The position numbers and the translations under genes are program-made. From positions 1 through 61,539 of IMG/VR virus record IMGVR_UViG_3300036851_000313: 61,539 bases of DNA; one strand, 5' to 3'. Under the pieces are notes generated by a model. The model did not search any database, had not been told where the DNA came from, and was given only the letters and a program-made list of their open reading frames with translations. Source of the DNA: a virus. Its lineage: Duplodnaviria > Caudoviricetes. This document shows, one piece after another, positions 48,659 through 59,878 of the stretch. The first letter of the stretch is position 1. The number at the start of each line of letters is the position of its first letter.

Positions 48659-50017
48659 GTGACGACGACCCAGAACGCAGCCATCTACGTGCGGATCAGC
48701 GACGACCGAGCGGGTGCCGGGCTCGGCGTCGCCCGGCAGGAGAAAGACTGCCGCGAGCTAGCGAAACGCCTCCGCTGGCACGTCACCGACGTCTACATCG
48801 ATAACGACGTCTCCGCCTACACCGGCAAACCCCGCCCCGAGTACGACCGGCTCCTCGAGGAGATCCGCGACGGCACCGTCACCCGCGTATTGGTCTGGCA
48901 CACCGATCGGCTGCACCGCAACAACCGCGAGCTCGAGGACGTCATCGACGCCGCCGAGCTGCACGGCACCGTCATCCACGGCTACAAGGCCGGCCCGCTG
49001 GACCTGTCCAACGCCTCCGGTCGGATGACCGCCCGGATCCACTGCGCCGTCGCCCGGGGCGAATCCGAACACAAGGCCGAACGGCAGAAGCGCAAGCACC
49101 TAGAGATCGCGCAGAAGGGCCGTCCCAACGGCGGGCTGCGGCCCTTCGGGTGGGACGAGGACAGGATCACCCTCCGCCCGACCGAGCACGCCATCATCCG
49201 CGAGGCCGCCCGCCGACTCCTCGCCGGCGAGTCGCTGCGAAGCGTCGCCGCAGACCTGAACGCCCGGGGCGTGGCGACCGTGACCGGCAAGCCGTGGTCC
49301 CCAACCGTGCTCCGCGCCATGCTCGCCCGCCCCCGCATCGCCGGGCTCCGCGAACACAACGGCCAGATCGTCGGCAAGGCGACGTGGCAGCCCGCGCTGC
49401 CCAAGACGACCTGGCAGGAACTCCGCGACTTCTTCGCCGACCCGGAACGCCATGTCGGCGCCAACACCCGCCGGTGGCTGCTCACCGGCATCGCCCAATG
49501 CCCCGCCGGGCACCGGCTCACCACCCGAATGGGCAACCGCAACCGGCCCGAGACGTCCCGCACCTCCTACGCCTGCCCGACCTGCCGCATCTACCGGGCA
49601 ACCGAACCGCTGGACGCGTACGTCACAGAGGCCGTGCTGCATCTCCTGCGACGGCTCACCATCGAGCCGACGCCGACCATCGATGACCGCCTGGCCGCGG
49701 AGATCGAGAGCGTGCAGACCCGGCTCGAGGAAGCGGACGACCTGTTCGCCAGCCTCACCATCAACAAGGAGCAGTACACCCGCATCAGCCGCAAACTGCG
49801 CGGCCGACTAGCGGAACTCGATCGGCGCGCCCTTCCGCCGCGACGACGCCGCCTCGTCAAGGGGCTCGCCAAGCCGGACAACCGGGCCGCGTGGGACGCG
49901 CTACCGCTGGACCGGAGACGCCGGGTCGTGGCCGAGCTGATGGACGTGATCGTGCACCCGGCCGGGGTCGGGCGACGGTCGTTCCGCCCAGAGACGGTGG
50001 AACTGCGCCCGCGCTAG
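48659..50017 (+). CDS. int: Large serine recombinase (integrase)
   Basis: AAIYVRISDDR catalytic Ser motif, DRLHR, recombinase domain, Zn-ribbon, coiled coil. Confidence 0.93.
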   Translation: MTTTQNAAIYVRISDDRAGAGLGVARQEKDCRELAKRLRWHVTDVYIDNDVSAYTGKPRPEYDRLLEEIRDGTVTRVLVWHTDRLHRNNRELEDVIDAAELHGTVIHGYKAGPLDLSNASGRMTARIHCAVARGESEHKAERQKRKHLEIAQKGRPNGGLRPFGWDEDRITLRPTEHAIIREAARRLLAGESLRSVAADLNARGVATVTGKPWSPTVLRAMLARPRIAGLREHNGQIVGKATWQPALPKTTWQELRDFFADPERHVGANTRRWLLTGIAQCPAGHRLTTRMGNRNRPETSRTSYACPTCRIYRATEPLDAYVTEAVLHLLRRLTIEPTPTIDDRLAAEIESVQTRLEEADDLFASLTINKEQYTRISRKLRGRLAELDRRALPPRRRRLVKGLAKPDNRAAWDALPLDRRRRVVAELMDVIVHPAGVGRRSFRPETVELRPR

Positions 50018-50302
50018 ATCCTGCGCAGCAGCCTCTCGAGAAGAGTCATCACCGGCCCAGCAACAACACCCTCACGAAACACCAGAATTTTCCCCGTCTC
50101 GCGGTGCACGAGTGCTACGGCGTCGCGGATCGGCGCGGTCGCCACCATCAACGGTCGGCCCTCCATCACAAAACGACCCAGCGAGAAGAGGGATGGCGGG
50201 CCTTGTCTCCGCTGACTCGCTGGACACGGCGTGTTTACGCCATCTCTACCGCGCGCTACCCCGTTGGCGTTACGACGTATGCGCAATTTTTACCGTCGGA
50301 GC

Positions 50303-50755
50303 CTATCCACCGTTGTTTGCCGGGCGGAGCCGACGCAGGATCGCCCGCAGCTCCCCGTGCAAATCGTTGATGGCGTCCAGCCTGTCGAACGCGTCATCCC
50401 ACGTGATCTCTTCGCCGAGCACGTCCGCGAGCGAGCGGCGCAACGCCTCCGGGTCAGTGATCTCCTCGTCGCCCACATGAACCACGTCGCCGCCACCGAT
50501 GTCCACCTCAGCTGGCACCGGCGACACCTGCCCGCCCTTGCGTAGCCGGTTCAGATCGCCGCTCGACCAGCGCAGCGCCGCCTCGATCGCCGCGCGTTTC
50601 CGCGCCTGCGGCCATCGTTTCCCGGATTCCAGGTTGCGGATCGTGCCAACGTCGACGCTGGCACTGTCGGCCAGCTCCTGCTGAGTCATGTCGAGCGCAC
50701 CGCGCCGATCGGCTACGAGGACGCCGACTTCCACGAGATCACGACCGTCCGCCAC
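50303..50755 (-). CDS. Immunity repressor (XRE HTH)
   Basis: MTQQELADSASVDVGTIRNLESG; divergent from the cro-like gene. Start is uncertain (50755 or 50767). Confidence 0.8.
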   Translation of the reverse strand: MADGRDLVEVGVLVADRRGALDMTQQELADSASVDVGTIRNLESGKRWPQARKRAAIEAALRWSSGDLNRLRKGGQVSPVPAEVDIGGGDVVHVGDEEITDPEALRRSLADVLGEEITWDDAFDRLDAINDLHGELRAILRRLRPANNGG

Positions 50756-50864
50756 GGCCCTCAGCATGACAGAAAAACCGGGAACTTCCACGGCTCTACC
50801 CGGTTGTGCGGCGAGCCGCGTTATGGTCCCTGACCTGCGACTTAATGATTCTTAACGTTTCTTC

Positions 50865-50893
50865 TTGACGACTTCGCTACTCTTCCCTACTGT
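50865..50893 (+). promoter_or_regulatory. Sigma70-type early promoter
   Basis: TTGACG-17 bp-TACTGT, 7 nt before the ATG at 50901. Confidence 0.65.
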
Positions 50894-50900
50894 TCACTAC

Positions 50901-51134
50901 ATGGCAGTAGCACGGCTCAACGGAGCCCGAGTCAGAGCGGTCCGGGAAGTGTTCAACATCACCCGAGCTGACCTCGCAAAAGCCGTCGACGTCACGGACG
51001 GCTACATCGGCCACATCGAGACCGGGCTCAAGCAGCCGTCCCCGGCTGTCGCCCGCCGCATCGTCGACCACCTCCTCATCGCCGTCGATGAGGGCCTCAT
51101 CACGTACGCCGCCACCGATGAGGCCGTGGCATGA
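50901..51134 (+). CDS. Cro-like XRE HTH protein
   Basis: ITRADLAKAVDVTDGYIGHIETGLKQPSP. Confidence 0.82.
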   Translation: MAVARLNGARVRAVREVFNITRADLAKAVDVTDGYIGHIETGLKQPSPAVARRIVDHLLIAVDEGLITYAATDEAVA

Positions 51135-53222
51135 ACCCGGACGACGTCGAGGAGGGACTGGCCGTGACCGTCACATCCGACCGCACCATCGCCGGCCGCT
51201 CCTGGCAGGGCGAGCAGGGAACCGTCTACTCCGCGTTCCTCCGCGGCCAGATCGACGACTGGGTGATTGTCCGCATCGGCGACACCGACATCGCTGTCCG
51301 CCCCGACGAAATCGAGCCCGCGTCGTGACCCCCGAGCAGCTCGACCGCATCCGCGCCGCCGCTCGCGCCGCGGTCGACGGCTGGCCGCCGCTGTCCGAGG
51401 CGCAGCAGCGACGGCTGCGGGTCCTCCTCCACGGCGCCGACGAATTGCCCGCCCCGACCGAGGCCGCGTCATGACCGCCGCCGATGTGACGGCCCGCGAG
51501 TCCGCGTGGATCGATGCGCAGCTCGCCGACGCCCCCGAGATCACCGAGGAACAGGCGCGGCTGCTGCGGCGCCTGTTCGACGACGCGCCCGCCGAGGCCG
51601 CGTCATGACGTACTGCCGAACCGTCCGAGGGGAGGGAACCCAAATGAGCAGACGAATGAAGTTCCTCACCGCCGCAGTAGTGGCGTTGGCCGCCGTGCTG
51701 GTCGTGTTCGGCCCGGCCATCGCTCGCGCCGCAGACCAGTCGTAGGCCACGCAAAAGGGCCGGTCCGCTTAGCCCGGACCGGCCCAACGCGGGACTCACC
51801 CGCACCGCAAGTACAGCACACGGAAGGGACTCACCGTGAACACCACACCCGCCGCCACCGCAGAGTCGATCGAGCTGGCGAAAGCCCAGCACCTGGCCAA
51901 GGCCATGGCGCGGCTGCACCCCGGACCGGGGCTGCACGGCGTCACCGCCGCCACGCCCACCCCGCCCCACCTGTACGACGTGGTCCGGGCCACACCCGCC
52001 GACCACGTCCTGTGCTGCTGCTGGCACGGCATCTGCGAGCACCCCGACGACATGCTGCACCACCTCGACGACCCCGGCCCGCACGCCCTCACCGACGACA
52101 CCGGGATCGCCGTCACGGCCGGGGGTGTGCGGTGACCGCTGCCCTGCTGGTCGCCACCGCCGCGCTGGCGCTCGTGCTGCTGGCCGACCGGCGGCGCCTC
52201 ACCCGCAAGCTGGCCGCGGTGCGCGCCGACCGAGACCAGACCGCCGCCCAACTCCTCCTGGTGGACGCCGCCCGCCGCGCCGCCCGCGCCGACAACGCGC
52301 GCCTGCGGCAGCTGCTGGCTGGCACCGAGGAGACCATGCGGATCGTCCACCGGCAGCTCGAGGCCCGCGCCCTGCCCTGCCTGTCCGGCCGGCCCCTCGT
52401 CCTCCTGCCGCACCCCGACCAGCAGACCGGCGGCGGTGAGGCGTCGTGACCGGCATCCGCCCCATCGCCGACTGCTGCTCCGAACAGACCACCTGCCCGG
52501 TCTGCCTGGACTGGCTGTGCCCCGACCACAGCGGCGACTTCGACCGCGGCGGCTTCGTCCACTGCGAGTACCACGAATGCCCGACGCATGGGGACTGCCA
52601 CGAGCAGGCGTGCGGACACCTCGCCTCGTGTGGGGGTGCGGCGTGACCGCCCCCACCGCGGAGACCCGCCGCGCCGCCCTCGACGCCATGACCGCCGACG
52701 AGTGCCGCATCGCCCTCGGCTACCTGCTCGACCGGCACCCCGACGCGTTCGACGCCGCCGCCAACACCATCGCACGGCGACGCCGCAACAGGGGAGACGA
52801 CGATGCCTGACCTCGACCACATCCTCGCCGACCACGCCACCCGCGCCGCCGCCGACCCGGTCGCCTACGAGAAGACCGAGCACGCCTGGGTGATCGAAGC
52901 GAATGGAGCTCACGACCCGGACGAGCTCAAGGCGCTCGTGGTGGCGCTTGAGCAGGAGGTGGCCAAGCTGCGCGCTGGTGTCGTCGGCCCCGCGCTGCGG
53001 GCCGACTTGGAGGACGTCGCCAAGACCGCCGAAGCCGTCCTGCACCGCGACTTCGAGGGCCGCGGCGACAGGCACTACCTGGAAGGCGTCCACGACGGCA
53101 TCGCCTGGGCGCTCGGCTGGAACGACCCCCCCGACCTGCCCGAACCGCTACCCAAATGCGCCGTCTGCCGCGACGAGCCGCCGGTCGGCAGGCGCTGCCC
53201 AGGATGCCGGGAGTGGTCCTGA
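51131..53222 (+). CDS. Array of small early hypothetical genes
   Basis: Coupled ORFs (e.g. 51131-51328, 51836-52135, 52446-52646, 52803-53222). Confidence 0.55.
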
Positions 53223-54163
53223 TGACCGTCACCACGCCGCGCAAACGCGCCGCCAAAAAGACCACGCCCACCGGCGCCGCCCGCATCCCCAAGCGCTCCC
53301 AGGGCTTCTACCGCGACCCCGAAACCGGGGAGAAACTCCGCTCCGTCACCACCATCATCAACCAGGGCGTCCCCAAGGAGGCGCTGATCTTCTGGGCCGG
53401 GAACATCGTCGCCCGCTCCGCCATCGACAACCTCCCCGACCTGGTTCGCGCCTCCATCGACGCCGCCAAACGCGAGGAGATGTACGACTACCTGCGGCGC
53501 GCCCACACCCGCAAGAAAGACGAGCGCGCCGACATCGGCTCCGCCGTCCACCGGCTCGTCGAAGCGCACATCCTCGACCAGCCCATGCCCGAGGAGCTTC
53601 TCGCCGACGAGGAGATGGCCCCGTTCCTCGAGCAGTTCCTGCTGTTCGTCGAGACGTGCGAGGTGACGTTCACCGCATCCGAGATGGTGGTCGCCAACCC
53701 CGGCGAAGGCTACGCCGGCACGTTGGACTACATGCTGCGCTCCCCGTTGATCGTGAAACAGATCAATGCTGCGCTCGGCAGTGACATCCCTATTGACCTC
53801 GACCTACTCGGGGACACCAAAACCGGGGGCGAGCTCCACGAGACCCTCTACGACGGCAAGTCCCCGAAGGGCGTGTACGGGGAGGCTGGGCTGCAGATGG
53901 CCGGGTACAAGCACGCCGCCGTCTGCTGGCTGCGCGACGGTTCCAAGGTGCCGATGCCGCCCACCGCCGACGTGGGGATCGTGCTGCACCTGCGCCCGGA
54001 CGGGTTCCGCGTCTACCCGGCGCTGTGCGGCGACGCCGAGTACCGGTACTTCCTGCACGCCAAGCAGGTCGCCGAATGGACCTCGCAGCACTCCAAGACC
54101 GTGCTCGGGCAGCCACTCGACCTGCCCGGCGTGACACCGCTGAGGAAGAAGGGGGCTGCGTAG
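53222..54163 (+). CDS. PD-(D/E)XK exonuclease (RecE/Cas4-like)
   Basis: SVTTII, GSAVH, YAGTLD, DTKTG, LQMAGY motifs. Confidence 0.85.
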   Translation: MTVTTPRKRAAKKTTPTGAARIPKRSQGFYRDPETGEKLRSVTTIINQGVPKEALIFWAGNIVARSAIDNLPDLVRASIDAAKREEMYDYLRRAHTRKKDERADIGSAVHRLVEAHILDQPMPEELLADEEMAPFLEQFLLFVETCEVTFTASEMVVANPGEGYAGTLDYMLRSPLIVKQINAALGSDIPIDLDLLGDTKTGGELHETLYDGKSPKGVYGEAGLQMAGYKHAAVCWLRDGSKVPMPPTADVGIVLHLRPDGFRVYPALCGDAEYRYFLHAKQVAEWTSQHSKTVLGQPLDLPGVTPLRKKGAA

Positions 54164-54166
54164 CCC

Positions 54167-55282
54167 ATGGCTGTCATCGACCTGCAACGCCGGATGCGCC
54201 AGCTCGGCGAGATCCGCATCGGGCACGTGGTGCCCACCTCCAACGGCAAGACCCGGCCGGAGAAGCTCGACCGGTTCCGGTTCACCAGCCCGTCCCAGGC
54301 CATCCTCGGCGACGTCGCGAAGGCGTACGGCGGCCAGGTGAAGGAGTGGGATCCGGCCAACGGCGGACCCCGCGAGTGGGAGGTGTACACAGACAGCCAC
54401 CGGCTGCCGGTCATCATCCCGCCGCTCGCCGTGACGCAATGGTACGAGCAGTACGCCGGGTCGAAATGCGTCAGGCGGTGCGACGGGCGCATCGAGCAGA
54501 AGTCCGACAAGCCGTGCCTGTGCGACCCGGAGCGCCGGAAGTGTTCGCTCACCACGCGGCTGAACGTGATGCTCCGCGACGTCCCGCCGATCGGCCACTG
54601 GCTGCTCACCTCCCGCGGCTACTACGCGGCGGTCGAGCTGCCGCCGGTCGCCGAGCTGCTCGCCAAGGGCGGCGGGCACGTCCCCGGCTGGCTGTCCGTC
54701 GAGGAGCGCCGCATCGTGCGGGAGAAGCCGGACGGCGGCACCGAGACCGTGCGGTTCATGGTGCCCACTTTGGACATCGATCTGGCACCGGCGCAGATCC
54801 TGTCCGGCGGTGTCGAGGCGGCGGCGCTGGGCGGCGGGGACCGGAAGGCACTTGAGCCGGGCGCCGGTCCGCGTGACTGGCAGGCGGAGATCGGGGGCGC
54901 GTCGTCGCGGGATGACCTGCTGCGGATCCGGCAGGAGGCCGCGAAGGCGGGCGTGCCGAACGGGGAGGAGTTCGATTCCTGGCTCGTCACTCGGATGGCC
55001 GAGATCAAGCAGCAGTCCGATCCGCCGCCGGCCGGGAATCTCGGCGCGCAGGCGGACCCGGAGGCGGACCGGATCGGCGTGTGGCAGCAGATCCTGGCCG
55101 CCGCCCCGCCCGGCTGGGGGCCGGCCGACTTGGAACGCGACTTCGCCGAACGCAACGGCGGCCTCGTGCCCGCCACCGCCGAACCCGCAGAACTGCAGGG
55201 CTACCTCGAGCAGCTCCGCGAGGGCGCGATCGCCGCCGAGACAGTCGAGGGCGAACTCGTTGACGAGAAGGTGCCGTTTTGA
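54167..55282 (+). CDS. Recombination directionality factor (gp3-like) family protein
   Basis: DLQRRMRQLGEIRIG...PEKLDRFRFTS...RRCDG...C..TTRLNVML. Confidence 0.7.
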   Translation: MAVIDLQRRMRQLGEIRIGHVVPTSNGKTRPEKLDRFRFTSPSQAILGDVAKAYGGQVKEWDPANGGPREWEVYTDSHRLPVIIPPLAVTQWYEQYAGSKCVRRCDGRIEQKSDKPCLCDPERRKCSLTTRLNVMLRDVPPIGHWLLTSRGYYAAVELPPVAELLAKGGGHVPGWLSVEERRIVREKPDGGTETVRFMVPTLDIDLAPAQILSGGVEAAALGGGDRKALEPGAGPRDWQAEIGGASSRDDLLRIRQEAAKAGVPNGEEFDSWLVTRMAEIKQQSDPPPAGNLGAQADPEADRIGVWQQILAAAPPGWGPADLERDFAERNGGLVPATAEPAELQGYLEQLREGAIAAETVEGELVDEKVPF

Positions 55283-56076
55283 GCGCCTGGCACGAGGGTC
55301 CGATGCTCGCGTACGACTGCGAGACCACCGGCATCCAGGTCGAGACCGACCGGATCGTCACCGCGTCCGCGGTCGAGCTGTCGCCCACCGACACCTCGCA
55401 GTGGCAGGTCGTCCGCGACACGTGGCTGATCGCGGTCGACGTGGATATCCCCGAGGCCGCCACCGCGATCCACGGGGTGACCACGGCGCATGCCCGCGAG
55501 CACGGCCAGCCCGCCGCCGGGGTGATCGACCGGGCCGCCGGGGAGCTCGCCCTGGCGCTCACCCACGGCGTGCCCGTGGTGGGTATGAACCTCAGCTTCG
55601 ATCTGACGCTGCTGGACCGGGAGTGCCGCCGGAACCGGGTGCCGACCCTCGCCGACCGGATGGACGGCCGGCCGGTCGCCCCGGTGCTGGACGTGCGGAT
55701 CCTGGACAAGCACGTCGACACCTTCCGCAAGGGTTCCCGGAAACTCGACGCCCTGTGTGAGACCTACGGGGTGCCGCACGATGGGGCGCACGACGCCTGC
55801 GAGGACGCGCTGGCCGCCGCCCGGGTGCTGTTCCGGATCGGGCAGATCGGTGCCGGCAAGCGCCGGGGGCGCATCCCGGAGGTGGAGCAGGCGTGCCGCA
55901 GGCTGGCCGCGCTGACCCTCGACCAGCTGCACGACCTGCAGGTCGAGTCGGCGGCGGAGCAGGCCCGCTCGTTCGCCGCCTATCGGGAACGCAGCGGGCA
56001 GCCGGTGCCGGACGACGTCGAGGGTGTGTGGCCGGTCCGCCCGCTGCCCGCAGTCGAGGGGGCGGCGTCGTGCTGA
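55279..56076 (+). CDS. DnaQ-like 3'-5' exonuclease
   Basis: DCETTG, MNLSFD, HDACEDA DEDDh motifs. Confidence 0.88.
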   Translation: MSAWHEGPMLAYDCETTGIQVETDRIVTASAVELSPTDTSQWQVVRDTWLIAVDVDIPEAATAIHGVTTAHAREHGQPAAGVIDRAAGELALALTHGVPVVGMNLSFDLTLLDRECRRNRVPTLADRMDGRPVAPVLDVRILDKHVDTFRKGSRKLDALCETYGVPHDGAHDACEDALAAARVLFRIGQIGAGKRRGRIPEVEQACRRLAALTLDQLHDLQVESAAEQARSFAAYRERSGQPVPDDVEGVWPVRPLPAVEGAASC

Positions 56077-56496
56077 CCCGCGAGCAGGCGGTGGAGCACC
56101 TCGCCTACGTGCAGACCGCGATCGCGTGTGTGGACGCCTGCGACTTCGACGGGCTTCAGGAGGTGCTGGACCTGCACGCCCTGTTCCGCCACGTCACCGA
56201 AACCGGGCCTGATGATCCTGCCGGGCCGGACCGGCTCGCGGAGATGCGCCGCTACGTCGGCGCGGCCCGCGTCTTCGCCCGCGCCGTCGACCAGGTCAGG
56301 TTGGAACGAATCCAGCAAGAAGTAGCGCCGTGACCCTCGGCTGTCCCTACTGCGATCACGTTGAGGTCGTCTCCCTCGAGGATCCCGACGCTTCCCTGTC
56401 TGACATGTCCAGTCACCTGATCTGGCGGCACAACAGCACAGACCCGGACGACCTCGCCCGGATCCGGGTCGACGGCGAATTGGAGGAGGAGTTGTC

Positions 56497-57899
56497 GTGA
56501 CCCGTCACCTGCCCGCGCTCGCGTTCGCCGCCGGCACCCTCACCGCCGGCTACGCGATCCACCACGCCCGCGTCCGCCCACTCGAACGGGAACTGCAAGC
56601 GGAACGCGCCCAGCGGCACCGCGACCTGCTCGCCCAGTACGGGCGGCGCATCCCCGGCCGGGTCCTGCCCATCAGGGGCACCACGTGAACGCCCTGCCGA
56701 CCTGGGACAAGATGTCCGAACTCGACCGCGGTGCCGTGCTGCTGCACCTGTGGAAACGCGAACGGGAAGGCGCCTCCTACGCCGTCTCCGACTATCCGGC
56801 CGAGTTCTTCAACGACCCGCAGCTGACCGCGCTCGGACCGGCGGACGCCTGCCGGCACGCCGTGTACGTGATCGGCTCCTACAGCCGCGCCTGCGACCTC
56901 CTCGGCGACGACGAGGTGGCCGCGCTGTATGAGCTGGCGCTCACCGCCGACCGAGACCGCGTCCTGACCAGATTGCGAGCCGAGTCGTGAGCGCCGAGAC
57001 GCCTGTCCCCATGTTGGGCGCCAGGCTCACCGGACGCTACGACGACGACCGCGCCTTCACCGTCGAAGGCTGCGTCAACTACGAGGTCGCCGTCACGTTG
57101 GGCGGTTCCGAGCCGCTGTTCGTGGACGCTCTCGACCTGCTCCGCGTCGTCTCCCACGTCGTCCTCGACCTCGTGTACGGGCCGAGTCCCACCGCCGATG
57201 ACGAGGTGCCGTCGTGAGAACCATCTGGAAGTACCAGCTGACGACGACAGACACGCAGACCATCAGCATGCCCGCCGGTGCCAGGATCCTGTGCGCGCAA
57301 CTCCAGCATGGGACCCCTAACCTGTGGGCCGAGGTCGACCCGGCCGCACCACCCGAACCGCGAACCATCCGCATCTACGGCACCGGCAACCCCGCCCCCG
57401 ACAAGCCCGGCCAGTACGTCGGCACCTACCAGCTCTACGACGGCGCGTTCGTCGGCCACGTCTACGACCGGACCGAGGTGCCGTCGTGAGCGCCGAGCTG
57501 CTGCGCGAGGCCGCCCGGCTGATGAGAGAACGGGCCGGGAAGGCGACACCCGGGCCGTGGCTCGCTAACGTCCTCGGCTCCGAGGGTTACGCCGTGACAA
57601 AGGATCGCGACCTGTCTGGACCCCCACGACGTCGCATCCGGGTGGCGCGCTGCGGCCACGAGGACTGGGACACCGACAAGCACAACGCCGAGCACATCGC
57701 CTCCTGGCACCCAGCCGTATCCCTCGACGTGGCCGACCTGCTGAAGCACGTGGACGGCCTTCCGCCGGTCAGCAATCGGGACTGCGTCTCGCTCGTGGGT
57801 CCAGATGAGCCGTGCGGCCAATGCCTCGCCTGCTCGGTGCATTGGCTGAGGAACGCGGCCACATCACTCGCCCGCGCCTACCTGGGCGGCATCACGTGA
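56497..57899 (+). CDS. Array of small hypothetical genes (56497-56688, 56685-56990, 56987-57217, 57214-57489, 57486-57899)
   Basis: GTGA-coupled. The last has an ATPGPW...NAEHIA (Ead/Ea22-like) motif. Confidence 0.6.
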
Positions 57900-58102
57900 G
57901 CGCCGACGCGGCCTACATGCGCGAATACCGCCGCCGCCACCCCGACTACGTGAGCAGGCAACGCGCCGACAACCGGGCCCGGCAACGCGCCTACACCCGG
58001 CTCGCCAGACGGCACCTCGCCGACTTCTGCCGACTCTACCTCGAAGAACGCCTCACCGAACACGCCCGGCTCGCCGCACAGGCAGCGGAGGGAACGACGT
58101 GA
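57896..58102 (+). CDS. Small basic protein, paralogue A
   Basis: SADAAYMREYRRRHPDYV...RLAAQAAEG. Confidence 0.65.
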   Translation: MSADAAYMREYRRRHPDYVSRQRADNRARQRAYTRLARRHLADFCRLYLEERLTEHARLAAQAAEGTT

Positions 58103-58986
58103 GCGACCACAGCGCCATCCAATGGACCGAGGCCACGTGGAATCCGGTCACCGGATGTTCCAAGGTCAGCCCCGGCTGCGACCACTGCTACGCCGAACGC
58201 CTCACCGAACGCTTCCACGGCAAAGGCTCGTTCGCTGAGGTCAAGCTGCACCCGGACCGGCTCGACCAGCCGCTGCGTTGGCGTCGCCCGCGCCGCGTGT
58301 TCGTCAACAGCATGAGCGACCTGTTCCACGAGTCGGTGCCCGACGACTACATCGCCCACACCTTCGCGATCATGGCCGCCACGCCGCGGCACACGTACCA
58401 GGTGCTCACGAAACGGCATGGTCGTATGCGGTCCCTGCTGTCCTCGCCGAAGTTCCAGGAGAAGACCGAGCCGTGGCGCGTCGTCGGCGACAACGTGGTG
58501 CCCGACCCAGGCTGGCCGTTGCCCAACGTCTGGCTCGGCGTGAGCGTGGAGGACCAGCATTGGGCGGACATCCGCATCCCCACGCTGCTCGACACCCCGG
58601 CCGCTATCCGGTTCCTATCCTGCGAACCGCTCCTCGGACCCGTCGATCTACGGAATCTGCGAGCCCGCAACGGGGCGCTCATCGACTGCCTCGCCGGTGA
58701 TGTGAAGGACCCACGCGACCAAGCGGTGTACGCCGCTTGTCCCGGCTCCATCGACTGGGTCATCATCGGCGGCGAGAGCGGACCCGGCGCGCGACCCATG
58801 GAACTCGACTGGGCCCGCCACCTCATCGAGCAGTGCGCCGCCGCCGATGTCGCTTGCTTCGTGAAGCAGCTCGGCTCCGTGTGGGCCCGCGGCCTGTACG
58901 GCGACAGCAAAGGCGGCCACTGGGACCTCTGGCCCGCCGACCTGCGGGTCCGCGATTACCCGCAGACCGTGGCGGTGGCGTCGTGA
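58099..58986 (+). CDS. Phage Gp37/Gp68 (DUF5131) radical-SAM-like protein
   Basis: WNPVTGCSKVSPGCDHCYA, FVNSMSDLFH, WVIIGGESG. Confidence 0.9.
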   Translation: MSDHSAIQWTEATWNPVTGCSKVSPGCDHCYAERLTERFHGKGSFAEVKLHPDRLDQPLRWRRPRRVFVNSMSDLFHESVPDDYIAHTFAIMAATPRHTYQVLTKRHGRMRSLLSSPKFQEKTEPWRVVGDNVVPDPGWPLPNVWLGVSVEDQHWADIRIPTLLDTPAAIRFLSCEPLLGPVDLRNLRARNGALIDCLAGDVKDPRDQAVYAACPGSIDWVIIGGESGPGARPMELDWARHLIEQCAAADVACFVKQLGSVWARGLYGDSKGGHWDLWPADLRVRDYPQTVAVAS

Positions 58987-59192
58987 GCGCCGACGCGGCC
59001 TACATGCGGACGTACCGCCGCCGTCATCCCGAATACGTACGCCAGCAGGTCGCCGACAACCGGGCCCGCCGCCGCGCCCTCGAACGACTGGCCCTCGCCC
59101 ACGGTGCCGAGTTCTGGCACCTGTACACCGAGGAACGCAACGCCGAACGCGCACGCCTCGCCGCACAAGCAGCGGAAGGGGCGACCGCATGA
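58983..59192 (+). CDS. Small basic protein, paralogue B
   Basis: SADAAYMRTYRRRHPEYV...RLAAQAAEG. Confidence 0.65.
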   Translation: MSADAAYMRTYRRRHPEYVRQQVADNRARRRALERLALAHGAEFWHLYTEERNAERARLAAQAAEGATA

Positions 59193-59331
59193 CCGCCCCG
59201 CCGCCCACCAGCCCGGCCCCGCCCGCGGAGACAACAACCACGGCGATCCCGCCGGCGGGGCCGAACAATCTCTCTCCCCCGGCAATCCCCCCGGCCGGGG
59301 GAGAGACCCCCACCATCATCGGCGGCGCGCT

Positions 59332-59697
59332 GTGAGCAGCCGGGAACGCGCCAAAGGCACAGCGTGGGAGAGCGCCGTCGTCCAATGCCTCCGCGCCGCC
59401 GGGTTCGTCCATGCCGAACGGCGCGCCCTGGCCGGCGGACGCGACCGCGGAGACGTCACGGGAGTTCCGGGTTTAGTTGTTGAGTGTAAGAACGGCGCCC
59501 GGCTCGACCTGCACACCTGGCTCGCCGAAGCCAAAGCCGAGGCCGCCAACGACGGCGCCCAATACGGGGTCGCCTGGGCCAAACGCAAAGGCAGACCGGC
59601 CGCCGCAGACGGCTACGTGTTCATGGACGGCGCCACCTTCACCGCCCTGCTCGCCGCCGCGTACGGCATCCACGACCAGTCGGAGGCCGCGTCGTGA
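59332..59697 (+). CDS. Holliday junction resolvase
   Basis: KGTAWES...AERR...DRGDV...VVECKN motif. Confidence 0.8.
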   Translation: MSSRERAKGTAWESAVVQCLRAAGFVHAERRALAGGRDRGDVTGVPGLVVECKNGARLDLHTWLAEAKAEAANDGAQYGVAWAKRKGRPAAADGYVFMDGATFTALLAAAYGIHDQSEAAS

Positions 59698-59878
59698 CCT
59701 TGTTCAACGAGCCCGACCGGCCGCCCCCGCGCCGGCCCCGCGACGCCGCCCCCGACCGCGAACCCGCCCGGCTCCACCACCTCTACCACCGCGGCACCTG
59801 CACCCGCTGCGGCGAGCCCTGGTCGATGGCCGGCCGCCGGGCGCCCTGCACACCCGCACCCGAAAGGACCGACACCCC

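Noticed and set aside
48582-50302. attP site flanking the integrase
   Set aside because: No convincing inverted-repeat attP could be identified by eye; a host junction sequence is needed.
53222-54163. Cas4 as part of a CRISPR system
   Set aside because: There are no cas neighbours or array. The context fits a phage recombination exonuclease.
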